A stretch of DNA of 64,000 bases from the NCBI GenBank assembly GCA_963848965.1, contig CAWKFG010000004.1, forward strand, positions 704,001 through 768,000, given 5' to 3'. The notes under the pieces were generated by a model. That model was not told the origin of the DNA. It did not search any database and saw only the letters and a program-made list of their open reading frames with translations. Made by a program: the position numbers and the translations under genes. The stretch is from an uncultured bacterium. GTDB taxonomy: Bacteria > Babelota > Babeliae > Babelales > Babelaceae. This document shows positions 17,497 through 28,068 of the stretch, piece by piece; positions within the stretch are counted from its first letter, which is position 1; each line of letters starts with the position of its first letter.

Positions 17497-19344
17497 TTAC
17501 TTACCCCTTTTTTGGATAGATTCTGCAAAAATCCTATAGACTAACTTCTGTAACTTATCGTTATACTGCTTTAAGCGATCAGGAGCGATAGTAGTATAGC
17601 GTACTATCTTAACACCACTACCTGGACTTAAAAGCATATCGCTTGTAAGCAATAGACGAACTTGAAGCCTATTGATGTTTGGTATAGCTGCTGGAGCTGT
17701 TCTAAATTGTTTTAAAACTTCAGAAACAGTACCATGAACAGTTAAAGCATCCTTAGGATTCTTATCAAGCAATTTCCAGAATGCTTCCATTCTATGCTGT
17801 TTATCAATATCTCTATTAAAGAGGTATCCAAGTGCAAGAGGATTACCATGTGGTGCTCCCCAGCTACGTGCAAAGTATGCATATTTATCTACCACTGAAA
17901 GCGGTATAAAAATCTGTGCTATAGCACCATGATCTTTTACCATATCAGCAAGTTCAGAGAGCTCTTTAGCATATGATGCTGGTAATTTAAGGAGTCCAAG
18001 CATCTGTTCGGTAAGTGCTTTAATTTTAAGAGCGCCACCATGAGACTTTTGCTTTACAAAATAATCAAAAGTACATTCACTTGAAACACCTACATTTCCA
18101 AAGAGCGCAAGATTTGCTGCAATCACAAATGCTCGTACACTTTTTAGACTGTCATCAATCTGTGTATTTTTATCAAGTTCATTTTCAATAAAATCTTTGA
18201 CTGACTTATAGGTATTAAAAAGAGGATCTCCAGGGAATCTTAATAATTCAAACTCAGACATTGGATCAGTTAGAGGATAGAAAAGCTTATAAAAAGCTTT
18301 ATAAATATCTTGCAATACAAAATACTCAACATCATAAGCATGATAAAATGCCGCATAAGGCTCTTTCAGCATCTCTCTTTCTTTAGCAATTATAGCATTA
18401 ATAAGGTCACGATGCTGCGCTACCTCTTTATCGTAAGTTATTCTTACATGATCTTTAATCATTGGTATACTTAAATGTGCCTCTGATTGAGAAAATGTAC
18501 TTTGAGGATGTGTAATCGTTTCCTTATAATATATAGGAAGATAGTTAAGAAGTTCTTGGTAAACTTGTTTTCCTATTTTGCGCACATCATACCGCTTATA
18601 AGGTACAACCTTTTGCATAGGATGAGGCTTCTTAAGTTCAGGAAGACCAAAATAGTTATGCACTGTATCTACTTTATCTGCGCCCTTTGTATCAGCAGCA
18701 CCTATTAAAATAGCCATTCTTAAAAGAGCAATATCAACAGTACCATTACGATACCCAGCCTCTTGTGCAAGGTCTCTTAATTTATCAAGAAAAATCTTAA
18801 AAGTCTTTAATTTAGGATGCCCTTCAGCAATTCCCTTAACAATTATTCCACCAAAATCCCAGTGAACTCCTGTAAGAATAGCAACTACCTTACGCTCTTC
18901 TTCAGAGAGCTTTAACTCTTTGAACAATGCATTAAAATCAAATTGTTTAAGCGTCGAATCAATAAAGTATGGTCGCTTATTAAGAAGATATTCAAACCCA
19001 GCACGAGGATGATATTTCTTAGAGTCATACTTCAATTTTAAATCGCCTGCTTTGCCTATATCGTGAAGCAATCCAGCAAGTATTGTTACTTTTTTCCAAG
19101 AATGAGCTAATCCCTTTACCCAAAAACTGTCTCTACGCCACCATTCTTCTACAGCATTTGCTACCCATGAAGAATGCTCATACAGATCACCTGAGTGAGA
19201 GCAACAATTAGTCGTCTTATATACTTTAAAGTTCTCAAGAAGACTCATAAGTGTCGGATATTTGTGAGTAGCTTTTTCTTTCTGCATCGCCTCTGCTGAA
19301 CAGAACAGAATTACTATCGCTCCTATCTTTACAAACCATTTCAT
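17497..19344 (-). CDS. Secreted HD-domain protein fused to an uncharacterised (ART-like?) domain
   Basis: Signal peptide AEA|MQK; HD motifs LYEHS, LAGLLHDIGK, HPRAG, VHWD, GAAD; C-terminal half paralogous to 19360-20478. Confidence 0.75.
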   Translation of the reverse strand: MKWFVKIGAIVILFCSAEAMQKEKATHKYPTLMSLLENFKVYKTTNCCSHSGDLYEHSSWVANAVEEWWRRDSFWVKGLAHSWKKVTILAGLLHDIGKAGDLKLKYDSKKYHPRAGFEYLLNKRPYFIDSTLKQFDFNALFKELKLSEEERKVVAILTGVHWDFGGIIVKGIAEGHPKLKTFKIFLDKLRDLAQEAGYRNGTVDIALLRMAILIGAADTKGADKVDTVHNYFGLPELKKPHPMQKVVPYKRYDVRKIGKQVYQELLNYLPIYYKETITHPQSTFSQSEAHLSIPMIKDHVRITYDKEVAQHRDLINAIIAKEREMLKEPYAAFYHAYDVEYFVLQDIYKAFYKLFYPLTDPMSEFELLRFPGDPLFNTYKSVKDFIENELDKNTQIDDSLKSVRAFVIAANLALFGNVGVSSECTFDYFVKQKSHGGALKIKALTEQMLGLLKLPASYAKELSELADMVKDHGAIAQIFIPLSVVDKYAYFARSWGAPHGNPLALGYLFNRDIDKQHRMEAFWKLLDKNPKDALTVHGTVSEVLKQFRTAPAAIPNINRLQVRLLLTSDMLLSPGSGVKIVRYTTIAPDRLKQYNDKLQKLVYRIFAESIQKRGK

Positions 19345-19359
19345 AAAAATAACCTTTCA

Positions 19360-20478
19360 TTATTTGTAAAGCATATATTGAGATAACGTTTGTGGACGTT
19401 GTTGATATATATGTTTTGCTATTATCTTAATACGTTTTTTATAGAGATCATGTCTCTTTTTATCAAGTGTTGAATATCTAAACATTTTTACAGAGCTTTG
19501 AGGATTTAAAAATAATTGTCCTCGTAATAAAATACGTGCTTCAAGTTTATCTATATAACGAGCAATCGTTTTAGGTTGCTTACGATAGCGTTCAAGTAAA
19601 GGAGCAAAAGCTGTATGCCTTTTTTTAGAAGCATTAAAACATGAGCGTTCAATAACTTCGTCCCAGACTTTTCCTCTTTCTTTACTTGCATAAACACACT
19701 GGTCAGCTAACTTTTTTGGTATAAAAATCTGAATAAGATTACCCTCTTGTGTTGTAATAGTATCAAGAAGTTCTACAAGAATAGCTATATAGTGAGCTTT
19801 CTGCAGAGGATCTGATGTAAATGGAGAAATAATCTGATTTAAAATTTTACCCATTACTGGTGGATTACCATTGTTTGATTCAACAAAGAACTTAAATGTA
19901 AACGATCGCGGCCGTCCAATTTCTCCAAACAGAGAAAGGTTCGTAGAAAGAAGAAGATCTTGAACACCTGGTTTATAATTATCGTAATCTGCACCGTACT
20001 GGTTAAGTTTTTCTGCGAGCCATTGGTTAACAGGAGGTACATTAAAGAACGAAAACGTACAGGGCCTTAAAAAGATAAAATCTCCACGTACAGACTTGTG
20101 TGTCAAAAGTTCATAAAGAGCCTTTTGTAAATCTCCTATAATACGCCATCGATAATTAAAACTATGGTAAAATACATAGTGAGTATTTTTATATTTCTCT
20201 TCGCGAGTAAGCGCACTTTTAATAATTTTGTCGTACTTTTTTAGACTACCCTTAAGTCCTTTATACTTTTCATAAAATTCTGATTTTTTATCGTGAGGTG
20301 AAAGGGGCCCGTTACCTAACCACTTTACCACGGTAGTTTGCAATTCAGGAATACTTAAATAAGCGCCCGTTTGAGTTGTTAAAAAACTTTTTTTTAAATT
20401 AAATGCATCTTTTGCTTCTAAAGCTATACTTACACTAACAAAAGCAAAAGCTATATACTTTCCTATCATTAACTTCAT
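19360..20478 (-). CDS. Secreted protein with the same uncharacterised (ART-like?) domain
   Basis: Signal peptide; shares LSIP, FYH, LR, NLxLFG, TFxxF, QIFIP, LxxRxLL, PxSxVKxxRY with the C-terminal half of the adjacent protein; start at ATG 20478. Confidence 0.75.
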   Translation of the reverse strand: MKLMIGKYIAFAFVSVSIALEAKDAFNLKKSFLTTQTGAYLSIPELQTTVVKWLGNGPLSPHDKKSEFYEKYKGLKGSLKKYDKIIKSALTREEKYKNTHYVFYHSFNYRWRIIGDLQKALYELLTHKSVRGDFIFLRPCTFSFFNVPPVNQWLAEKLNQYGADYDNYKPGVQDLLLSTNLSLFGEIGRPRSFTFKFFVESNNGNPPVMGKILNQIISPFTSDPLQKAHYIAILVELLDTITTQEGNLIQIFIPKKLADQCVYASKERGKVWDEVIERSCFNASKKRHTAFAPLLERYRKQPKTIARYIDKLEARILLRGQLFLNPQSSVKMFRYSTLDKKRHDLYKKRIKIIAKHIYQQRPQTLSQYMLYK

Positions 20479-20789
20479 AGGATATAAGTCCTTTCTTATA
20501 AAAAACTTTTCAAGCATACTGTGCTCGATAAAGCGCACAAAGAATATTGATCAGTTCTTTAGTAACACCATCATTTATATTATTTTCAAACAGAACATAA
20601 GATATAGTTTAAACTTAAAAAAGATTATCTTATTTATTTTTATGTTTTTTAATGATAGTCTCTTATTTCCTAAATGTCAATATTAAATAAAATAAAAATT
20701 GCTTTATTTAAGGACGTGATTGAATTTATTTAAAAAATAGAGTATAGTAAAACCATTATTACAAAAGATTACACAATAAAAGGATAGAA

Positions 20790-22568
20790 ATGCTTATACG
20801 ATTAAAAATTAGTTACTTTGCTTTTGTGCTTTCGCTCATGAGCAGCATCTCTGGGATGCATAATGGCTACATTCCTTATGCATATGATGAAAAAAACCAC
20901 GATTGGTATATGCTTCTGTTTCAAGAGCAAGGGTTATTATGGAATGCACTTACTTGCCAAGAAGCAAAAGAAAAAGGAGGCAAAATACTTGAAGAAAAAT
21001 TCAAAATGCTTACTCATAAGGCATTTGAAAAACCTCTCGATGCCTACAAAATAAAGACATATTCTTTAGAAGATAAAGCATCTGCTCTTTCTTTTGTGCA
21101 CTATCAGTATTTACCAGAATCCCAGGTTTTACGCACGTCAAATCCTCACTATAATTTTGTTCGAATAAGTTTTAAAAAACTTTTAAAGACATTAGAAAAA
21201 GAACAAAACACCGTTAAAGCAAAGAGCAAAACGTTTAAGAACATAGAGCTTGATCCATCTTTTTTCATTGCTCTTAAGTCAGCGCAACCTTTTTTACAAG
21301 CTCTTTGTTCTTTTAGCCCAGATCAGCAAAAACCCTTCTCATTTAAGAAGTGGAGTATTCCTTTTCTTCATACTGTTGAACGAGCAAAAGACGTAAAATC
21401 TTCAGATATTTCAGCTCAAGAATTTATCGCTACCTTAGAGCAGTCTCTTGCGCTTTTTACAAACGAACTTGAGAGAGGCACCTGGTTACGTGAAAAACCA
21501 GATAAAACACAATCGTTTAAGCCTTATGTACAAAAAGTTATTATACCTGCTAAAAGTACTCTTGTTCTGTGGGGAGATCTTCATGGCAGCGCTCATTCAC
21601 TTATAAGATCATTACAAGCTCTTACAGAGATGAATGTTTTAGATGATACTCTTAAATTGAAAGAAGGATGGTATTGCTGTTTTTTAGGAGATCTTATTGA
21701 TAGAGCTCATTACGGTGTTGAACTTCTCTATCTTCTTATGAAATTAAAGCTCAGAAATCCACAACAAGTATTTTTCGCTCGCGGTAATCATGATAGTTAC
21801 CATTTTAATCATCTCTTTCATAGCTCTGCTAAAACACGCTTTCAAGAAGAGATAAAAGCAAAGTTTCCTCATCAAGCTCATCTTGATAAACTTGCTTACT
21901 CACTCTTTGAGTATTTTCCTTTAGCACTTTATATTGGCTCAGGAAGTAAGCCTATTAATTTTATTCAATGCTGCCATGGTGCACTTGAATTAGGATTTAA
22001 TCCTCAAGAGTTTTTATCGAGCAATAAAGATTTTCAAAGTATTACATCTATTGATCGAGCACATGCTCTCAGCTCTTTAAAAAATGAGCTAGCAAAAGAG
22101 ATAACACGTGTTATTGATAAAAAACGGCTTTGCAAGTTTGTTCCTACAGATCTTATTACCCCTTTAAAAGACAAACCTGCTCATCACGGACTTAAAATAG
22201 GATTTACTTGGCATGAATTTATCCCTCATGATGCAACTACGGTAGTTGATGCAGTTTCAGAAAGCAAAGCTGATAGAGAAATTGTCTATGGTAAACCCCT
22301 TGTTCAACATCTTCTTAAGCTTTATAGCTCTGATACTCATATTCTTCGAGCTATATTTAGAGGACACCAGCATCATGATACTATGCTCGCTCGACTTAAA
22401 GAGAAAAAGGGACTTGTAGAGTTCTGGGATGGGACTGTCTATACTCTTTTTTCTGGCACTGCAAGCGTCGCTCACCATAAATTTCCTTATGATGCGTTTA
22501 CTATGGTAGAAACTGCCGAAGATTACAAAGATTGGCACATATGTCAGTGGTCACAAGAGATTTTATAA
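20790..22568 (+). CDS. Secreted calcineurin-like (PPP family) metallophosphoesterase
   Basis: WGDLHG, LGDLIDR, RGNHD, CCHG, RGHQH; signal peptide ISG|MHN; about 240-aa N-terminal extension. Confidence 0.85.
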   Translation: MLIRLKISYFAFVLSLMSSISGMHNGYIPYAYDEKNHDWYMLLFQEQGLLWNALTCQEAKEKGGKILEEKFKMLTHKAFEKPLDAYKIKTYSLEDKASALSFVHYQYLPESQVLRTSNPHYNFVRISFKKLLKTLEKEQNTVKAKSKTFKNIELDPSFFIALKSAQPFLQALCSFSPDQQKPFSFKKWSIPFLHTVERAKDVKSSDISAQEFIATLEQSLALFTNELERGTWLREKPDKTQSFKPYVQKVIIPAKSTLVLWGDLHGSAHSLIRSLQALTEMNVLDDTLKLKEGWYCCFLGDLIDRAHYGVELLYLLMKLKLRNPQQVFFARGNHDSYHFNHLFHSSAKTRFQEEIKAKFPHQAHLDKLAYSLFEYFPLALYIGSGSKPINFIQCCHGALELGFNPQEFLSSNKDFQSITSIDRAHALSSLKNELAKEITRVIDKKRLCKFVPTDLITPLKDKPAHHGLKIGFTWHEFIPHDATTVVDAVSESKADREIVYGKPLVQHLLKLYSSDTHILRAIFRGHQHHDTMLARLKEKKGLVEFWDGTVYTLFSGTASVAHHKFPYDAFTMVETAEDYKDWHICQWSQEIL

Positions 22569-22831
22569 GCACATTTAGATTTTTCAACGAGTATATAATG
22601 AACTATCAATCATATACGAGTTGATTTTTACTAAAATACAGCAGCTTAGTGATAAATTGCTTTTCACTCTTTGCATATTATCGTTGCATGTATACCTCTC
22701 ACACGCGGTTAAAATTCAAATATATAAAATTTAAACACTACATCTACTAAGTATAGTTGCAAATTGATTTTTGACAAAGCACCTATATAATTATTTATAA
22801 TTATCAATAATACTTACTTTTAAGGAATTTT

Positions 22832-25800
22832 ATGCTTCTTTATCATTGGATAGTGCTTGTTACCTGTGCTATAGCTCCTTTATATGGAATGAAAAGAGAT
22901 ACGCCAGATGAAATCGATAACGATAAAGTTACAAAGGAAATAAAACTAGAGCAAGATACTCTTAACCAAGAACTTTTTAAAGTGCTTGAACAAGAACAAG
23001 AAGAAATAGCATGCTCTACTATACGCAAGCTTATCCAAAGAGGGGCTAATACTAATGCATATAATGCTCAAGGAGATACACCCTTAATAGTTGCGATAAA
23101 AAAAGGATACAAAGACCTTATAATGCTTCTCCTTGCCAAAGGAGCAGAGAACAACAACAATAGCAAAAATGAATCTCCCTTAATGTATGCAGTCTATCAG
23201 GGACATATAGGATTAGTATATGCCCTTATAGAGGCAAGTACCGACAAACAAGCAGCAGAGCAAGACGCTTTATGTGCAGCAGCAAAAAGCAATCAAATAG
23301 CGCTTTTAAAATCGCTTATAGACAATGGTATCTCTATTAACAAACAGAATGCTCTAACAGGTGCCACTGCATTGATAATTGCTGCAAGTAAAGGATATAA
23401 AGAGGCTGTAGACCATCTATTGGCACATGGAGCAGACTGCACTCTAAAACTTAAAGATGGGAACTCTGCTTTAACTTTAGCTGCACAAGCGGGGCATAAA
23501 GAAATAGTTTTTACACTTTTAGATAAATGGCCTTCTGAAAGCAAAAATCAAATTCTTATTTCAGCTTTATTGTCCGCCTCTTATACAAAGCAAGAAGATC
23601 TTGTAGAATTACTTATTAAAAGGTCATCCAACAAAGCAGAAGCATTAGATATAGTTCTTGCAGGAGCAGCTTCTGGGGGGCATCTTTCATTTGTTACCAA
23701 ACTTATTATTCAAGGTCCATCACTAGAAGCACGTGATCATGCTCTTGTAGCAGCAGCAAAGAATGGTCATCAAGAAGTAGTTCAAAAACTCTTAGAATCT
23801 GGAGCCCGTAGTAATGCACAACTTAGTAATGGGTTTACTGCACTAACAGCAGCTATTACTGGGGGACACAAGCAGATTGCACTTTTTCTTTTAGACCAAG
23901 GAGCATATCCTTGTCTTCAAAACAATAAAGGGCCGCTCCCTTTAGTACGTGCTACACAAAGGGGATACAGTGATGTAGTTATTCAGCTCATAAAAAAAGG
24001 GGCTAAGGTTTCTGAACAAGAACCAACAACTGGCACTACTGCGCTTTTAGAAGCTATAAAACATAGAAATGAAGAAATTATTCAGATACTTCTAGCACAT
24101 AAAGTGGACTACGCTCAAAAAGATAAAGCAGGAAATAACGCCCTTTCTTTGGCAGCACAACTCGGGAATATGACTCTTGTAAATATTTTTGTTGAGCTTT
24201 ATGAAGATAAAGATGAAGCATATAAAATCGTCGTAATGGGAGCCATCTGTGGTGAACAGCAGCATGTTTTAGAAAAATTCTTAAAAAATATTCACATCGA
24301 TGCTCTTTTACCAAATGGATATACCCCGCTTAAATTCGCTGCTTATAAAGGAAGTAAAGACTGTGTAAAATTAATACTTGATAATGGTGCTGATATTGAT
24401 AAGGCAGAAGAAATAAATAGAACCGCTCTTATGTATGCAGCTCAACAAGGTCACAAAGAGACTGTTGCTTTTCTTTTAGAGCATAATGCACAGCATACTA
24501 TAGGCACTCCTGGTCAACAGGCTCTTAATTTTGCCGCTGCAGCAGGACATGAAGACATCGTAGATATGCTTATCAATAAAGAAGCTAACAAAGATAAAGC
24601 ACGAGAAAGTGCATTTATAAGTGCTGCTAGAGGTGGAAAAAAAAACCTTCTCTCTAAATTCTTATTATTTCCCATCTCTCAAGCAATAAAAGATACAGCT
24701 CTCTTCAATGCAGCATCTTCTGGATTTAAAGATGTAGTACAAATACTTTTTGAAGCAGGTGCTTATGTAGATGCTAACTCAAGAGGAGAGTCTGCACTTA
24801 TTAGTGCTCTAAAAATCGGCCACAAAGAAGTAGCGGAGTTACTTATACAATTAGGAGCCTCTGTTAATGGCCAGAATTCGTTTGGACAAACTTCTTTAAT
24901 GCACGCAGTACAAAGAAATTTTTCAGACCTCGTATCCCTTCTGCTAAAAAAGGGAGCTAATATTAATGCTAGGGATAGGCATGGGGATACTGCTATAATG
25001 AAAGCGGCCGCACATGGCTTTGAAGATATGGTATTACTTCTTTTAAGTAAAAGTAATGACCATCACACAGCATGTAATGATGCTTTTCTAAGTGCTGCAA
25101 GCACTGGTCACCTTTCATTAACGACAACACTTTTAAAAAATGATATTACAGGAGAAGCTAAAAAAAATGCTTTAATAAAAGCAGTAGCAAGTGGTCATCA
25201 AGAAATAGTTACAATGCTTCTTGAAAGACATGTTGCCATCAATACTCAAGATACAGAAGGTAACTCGCTTGTTATGATCGCATGTAATCATAAGAAGAAA
25301 GAAATTGTACAACTTCTTATCAAGGCTGGCGCTCCTCTTAACCTTGTAAATGATGGTGGTGAAAGAGTCCATACAGCAGCAGTTAGAAGCGGTTCTAAAG
25401 AGCTAGTAGAACTACTTTTAACTCATGATACGTGCCTTTACACAAATGATAACGAACGTATTGCTATTTTACTTGATGCTATTTCTTCAAATTCCTTAGA
25501 ATTAATACAGTTTTTATTACCATACATAGGTACTGTTAATGTCCCTGAAGGTTCAGAAGATGTACCCCTTATCAATGCAGCTCGCTCTAAAAATTTAGAG
25601 ATAGTAAAACTCCTCTTAGAACAAGGCGCTCTCGTTAATACACGTAATAATAAAGGTAATACAGCTCTCCATATAGCTGCAAAAAATGGCAATTTTGAAC
25701 TTGTAAAACTATTGGTAGAAAGGGGTGCAGAAGTTAATGCACAAAATAAGAAGGGTTATACGGCTCTTACAAGTTTTACAAGACAGCATGAATTTACAGA

Positions 25801-27979
25801 TATAGCACTATTCCTTTTAGCCAATGGAGCACAAGCTACGTTACCTAATAAAGATGAACGTACTGTTCTCCATCATCTAGCTTTTAAGAAAGATGAAAAT
25901 AGTACCCAGCTTTCTCAACTTGTAAAAGAGCTTCTGCTCTCAGGTGTTTCTATTAATGCTCAAGATAGTACTGGTGCTACACCACTTATGCTTGCAGCAC
26001 AGCAAGAAAATGAGGCAATAGTAAATCTTTTTTTACAAAATGGTGCTACCTGCACTAATGAAGACAACAATAAGAGGAGCTCTTTAACGTTAGCAGCAAA
26101 AGCTGGCTGTTATAGCATAGTAGAAATGCTTCTTAAACAGATGAAAGAACATTCACAACTTATAAAGTCTCAATTAGATGCTTCTTTACTTGTAGCTGCT
26201 AAATATGGATATAGCGCTATTGTTAAACTTCTTTTGCATTATGGTGCATATAAAGATGCACAGAAATCTTATGGCTCTACATCACTTCTTTTAGCAGCTC
26301 AAAATAATCATAGTGATGTGGTAGAGATACTTCTGAATCATGGTGCTACTATGGAAATAAGAAATAAACAAAACTGGGATCCACTAACCCGGGCAGCAGC
26401 CGATGGGCACTTAGATATAGCAATAAAGCTTTTAGATGCAAGCAAAAATAGAGAAGAAGCCCTTAATAATGCACTACTTAATGCAGCATGGAACGGTCAA
26501 ATACCCATTGTTAATAAACTTATAGAGTTGGGTGCTCCGCCTTCACTCAGAGAAGACGCTCTTTTGCGACGCGCAGGAGATAGAAATGGATTTACGGTAG
26601 TACAACTACTTATAGAAGCAGGAGCTCATATTAACTCTACCAATCGCGCAGGACAAACGGCCCTTATGATAGCTGCTAAAAGTGGATGTACTGAAACAGT
26701 AAAATACCTTGTAGAAAAAGGTGCAGCAATAGAACTCTTAAGTTTTAATGGTAAAACAGCACTTATCTTAGCATCAGAAGCTGGACATAAAGACATAGAA
26801 ACGTATCTTGTTGAAAGATATGAAAACAGAGAGGCTGCAGTTAGTGAGCTGCTATTAGGTGCAAGCAAAAGAGGTGATGAAGAGGCTGTTCAACAACTCT
26901 TGCAACTTGGTGCAAATATTGAAGTAAGAACACACAGAGGTACTCCTTTAATTTTTGCTGTTAAAAATAAGCATATAGGGCTCGTACGCATTCTTTTAAA
27001 AAATAAAGCCTTAGTAAATGCTCGCGATAATAATGGCAAAACTGCGTTAATATATGCAATAGAAAGCAACTCAAAAGAGCTCATAAAACTTCTTTTAGAT
27101 GCAGGTGCAGATCTACGGACCTTAGATAATGCTCAAAATACTCCTTTACATACTGCTGCATCTACTGGTTCTAGAGAGATGGTAGATTTCCTTATAGAAA
27201 AAGGAGCACAAGTAAACGTCACAAATATAACAAGACAAAGCCCTCAAACACTAGCTATTGAGAATGGTCATGTAGCACTTATAGGCAAATTATTAAGTGC
27301 ATCAACTTTACCTGTTGCCACTTTAGCAGAAGATGCTCATCTTACTAACAAATTAAGTACAGCAGTTATTCACTATCTTACCTCTGATAAGGCTACACGT
27401 TTTATAAAAATGTACCAAAAAGAGCAGTATGAAGAGCTAGGAGTATTAGCAGATATACTACAGTTTCGAAATATAAACAATTATCTCAAAAATCCTGTAC
27501 ACTACATAGAACAAATGCTTACGAACAAATTGTATAAAGAAGATCTTAATCAAACAGCCTTAATGTGGGCATGTATATTTGATCATACAAACATTGTTGA
27601 AACACTTGTATCAGCAAAAGAGCTTCCTTCAGGATATATTCATGCTCGAGATTGCAGAGGAAGAACAGCACTTATGTACGCTCTTATCTACAGAAATAGT
27701 GCTTGTGCGTACACGCTCATCCCTCATTGTGCTAAAGAAATTGATGCCCAAGATAGAGAGGGTAACACTGCTTTGAGTTTAGCTGCTCAATATGGCAACA
27801 AAGAGCTTATTAATCTTCTTTTAGCAGCTGGTGCTCGCCCTTCAGTACGAGCTATAAAACGAGCAGCAGAGCTGGGACACACCCAAATAGCAGTTAAGCT
27901 TCTTGCTCTCATGAGTGAATATGCACGAGGACACGCCTACCAAGGATTACCTGGTTGTTTTCCTGCCCTTTTTAAATAG
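22832..27979 (+). CDS. Giant secreted ankyrin-repeat protein (1715 aa)
   Basis: Dozens of G.T(A/P)L..AA..GH..V..LL..GA repeats; signal peptide LYG|MKR. Confidence 0.93.
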   Translation: MLLYHWIVLVTCAIAPLYGMKRDTPDEIDNDKVTKEIKLEQDTLNQELFKVLEQEQEEIACSTIRKLIQRGANTNAYNAQGDTPLIVAIKKGYKDLIMLLLAKGAENNNNSKNESPLMYAVYQGHIGLVYALIEASTDKQAAEQDALCAAAKSNQIALLKSLIDNGISINKQNALTGATALIIAASKGYKEAVDHLLAHGADCTLKLKDGNSALTLAAQAGHKEIVFTLLDKWPSESKNQILISALLSASYTKQEDLVELLIKRSSNKAEALDIVLAGAASGGHLSFVTKLIIQGPSLEARDHALVAAAKNGHQEVVQKLLESGARSNAQLSNGFTALTAAITGGHKQIALFLLDQGAYPCLQNNKGPLPLVRATQRGYSDVVIQLIKKGAKVSEQEPTTGTTALLEAIKHRNEEIIQILLAHKVDYAQKDKAGNNALSLAAQLGNMTLVNIFVELYEDKDEAYKIVVMGAICGEQQHVLEKFLKNIHIDALLPNGYTPLKFAAYKGSKDCVKLILDNGADIDKAEEINRTALMYAAQQGHKETVAFLLEHNAQHTIGTPGQQALNFAAAAGHEDIVDMLINKEANKDKARESAFISAARGGKKNLLSKFLLFPISQAIKDTALFNAASSGFKDVVQILFEAGAYVDANSRGESALISALKIGHKEVAELLIQLGASVNGQNSFGQTSLMHAVQRNFSDLVSLLLKKGANINARDRHGDTAIMKAAAHGFEDMVLLLLSKSNDHHTACNDAFLSAASTGHLSLTTTLLKNDITGEAKKNALIKAVASGHQEIVTMLLERHVAINTQDTEGNSLVMIACNHKKKEIVQLLIKAGAPLNLVNDGGERVHTAAVRSGSKELVELLLTHDTCLYTNDNERIAILLDAISSNSLELIQFLLPYIGTVNVPEGSEDVPLINAARSKNLEIVKLLLEQGALVNTRNNKGNTALHIAAKNGNFELVKLLVERGAEVNAQNKKGYTALTSFTRQHEFTDIALFLLANGAQATLPNKDERTVLHHLAFKKDENSTQLSQLVKELLLSGVSINAQDSTGATPLMLAAQQENEAIVNLFLQNGATCTNEDNNKRSSLTLAAKAGCYSIVEMLLKQMKEHSQLIKSQLDASLLVAAKYGYSAIVKLLLHYGAYKDAQKSYGSTSLLLAAQNNHSDVVEILLNHGATMEIRNKQNWDPLTRAAADGHLDIAIKLLDASKNREEALNNALLNAAWNGQIPIVNKLIELGAPPSLREDALLRRAGDRNGFTVVQLLIEAGAHINSTNRAGQTALMIAAKSGCTETVKYLVEKGAAIELLSFNGKTALILASEAGHKDIETYLVERYENREAAVSELLLGASKRGDEEAVQQLLQLGANIEVRTHRGTPLIFAVKNKHIGLVRILLKNKALVNARDNNGKTALIYAIESNSKELIKLLLDAGADLRTLDNAQNTPLHTAASTGSREMVDFLIEKGAQVNVTNITRQSPQTLAIENGHVALIGKLLSASTLPVATLAEDAHLTNKLSTAVIHYLTSDKATRFIKMYQKEQYEELGVLADILQFRNINNYLKNPVHYIEQMLTNKLYKEDLNQTALMWACIFDHTNIVETLVSAKELPSGYIHARDCRGRTALMYALIYRNSACAYTLIPHCAKEIDAQDREGNTALSLAAQYGNKELINLLLAAGARPSVRAIKRAAELGHTQIAVKLLALMSEYARGHAYQGLPGCFPALFK

Positions 27980-28068
27980 AGGACCTTCTAAAAGAATTGT
28001 TACTTTATTGAGAGTTATATGTGGTAAATTCTTGCTCTGTATACGTACATGTGTGATCTTACAGATTC

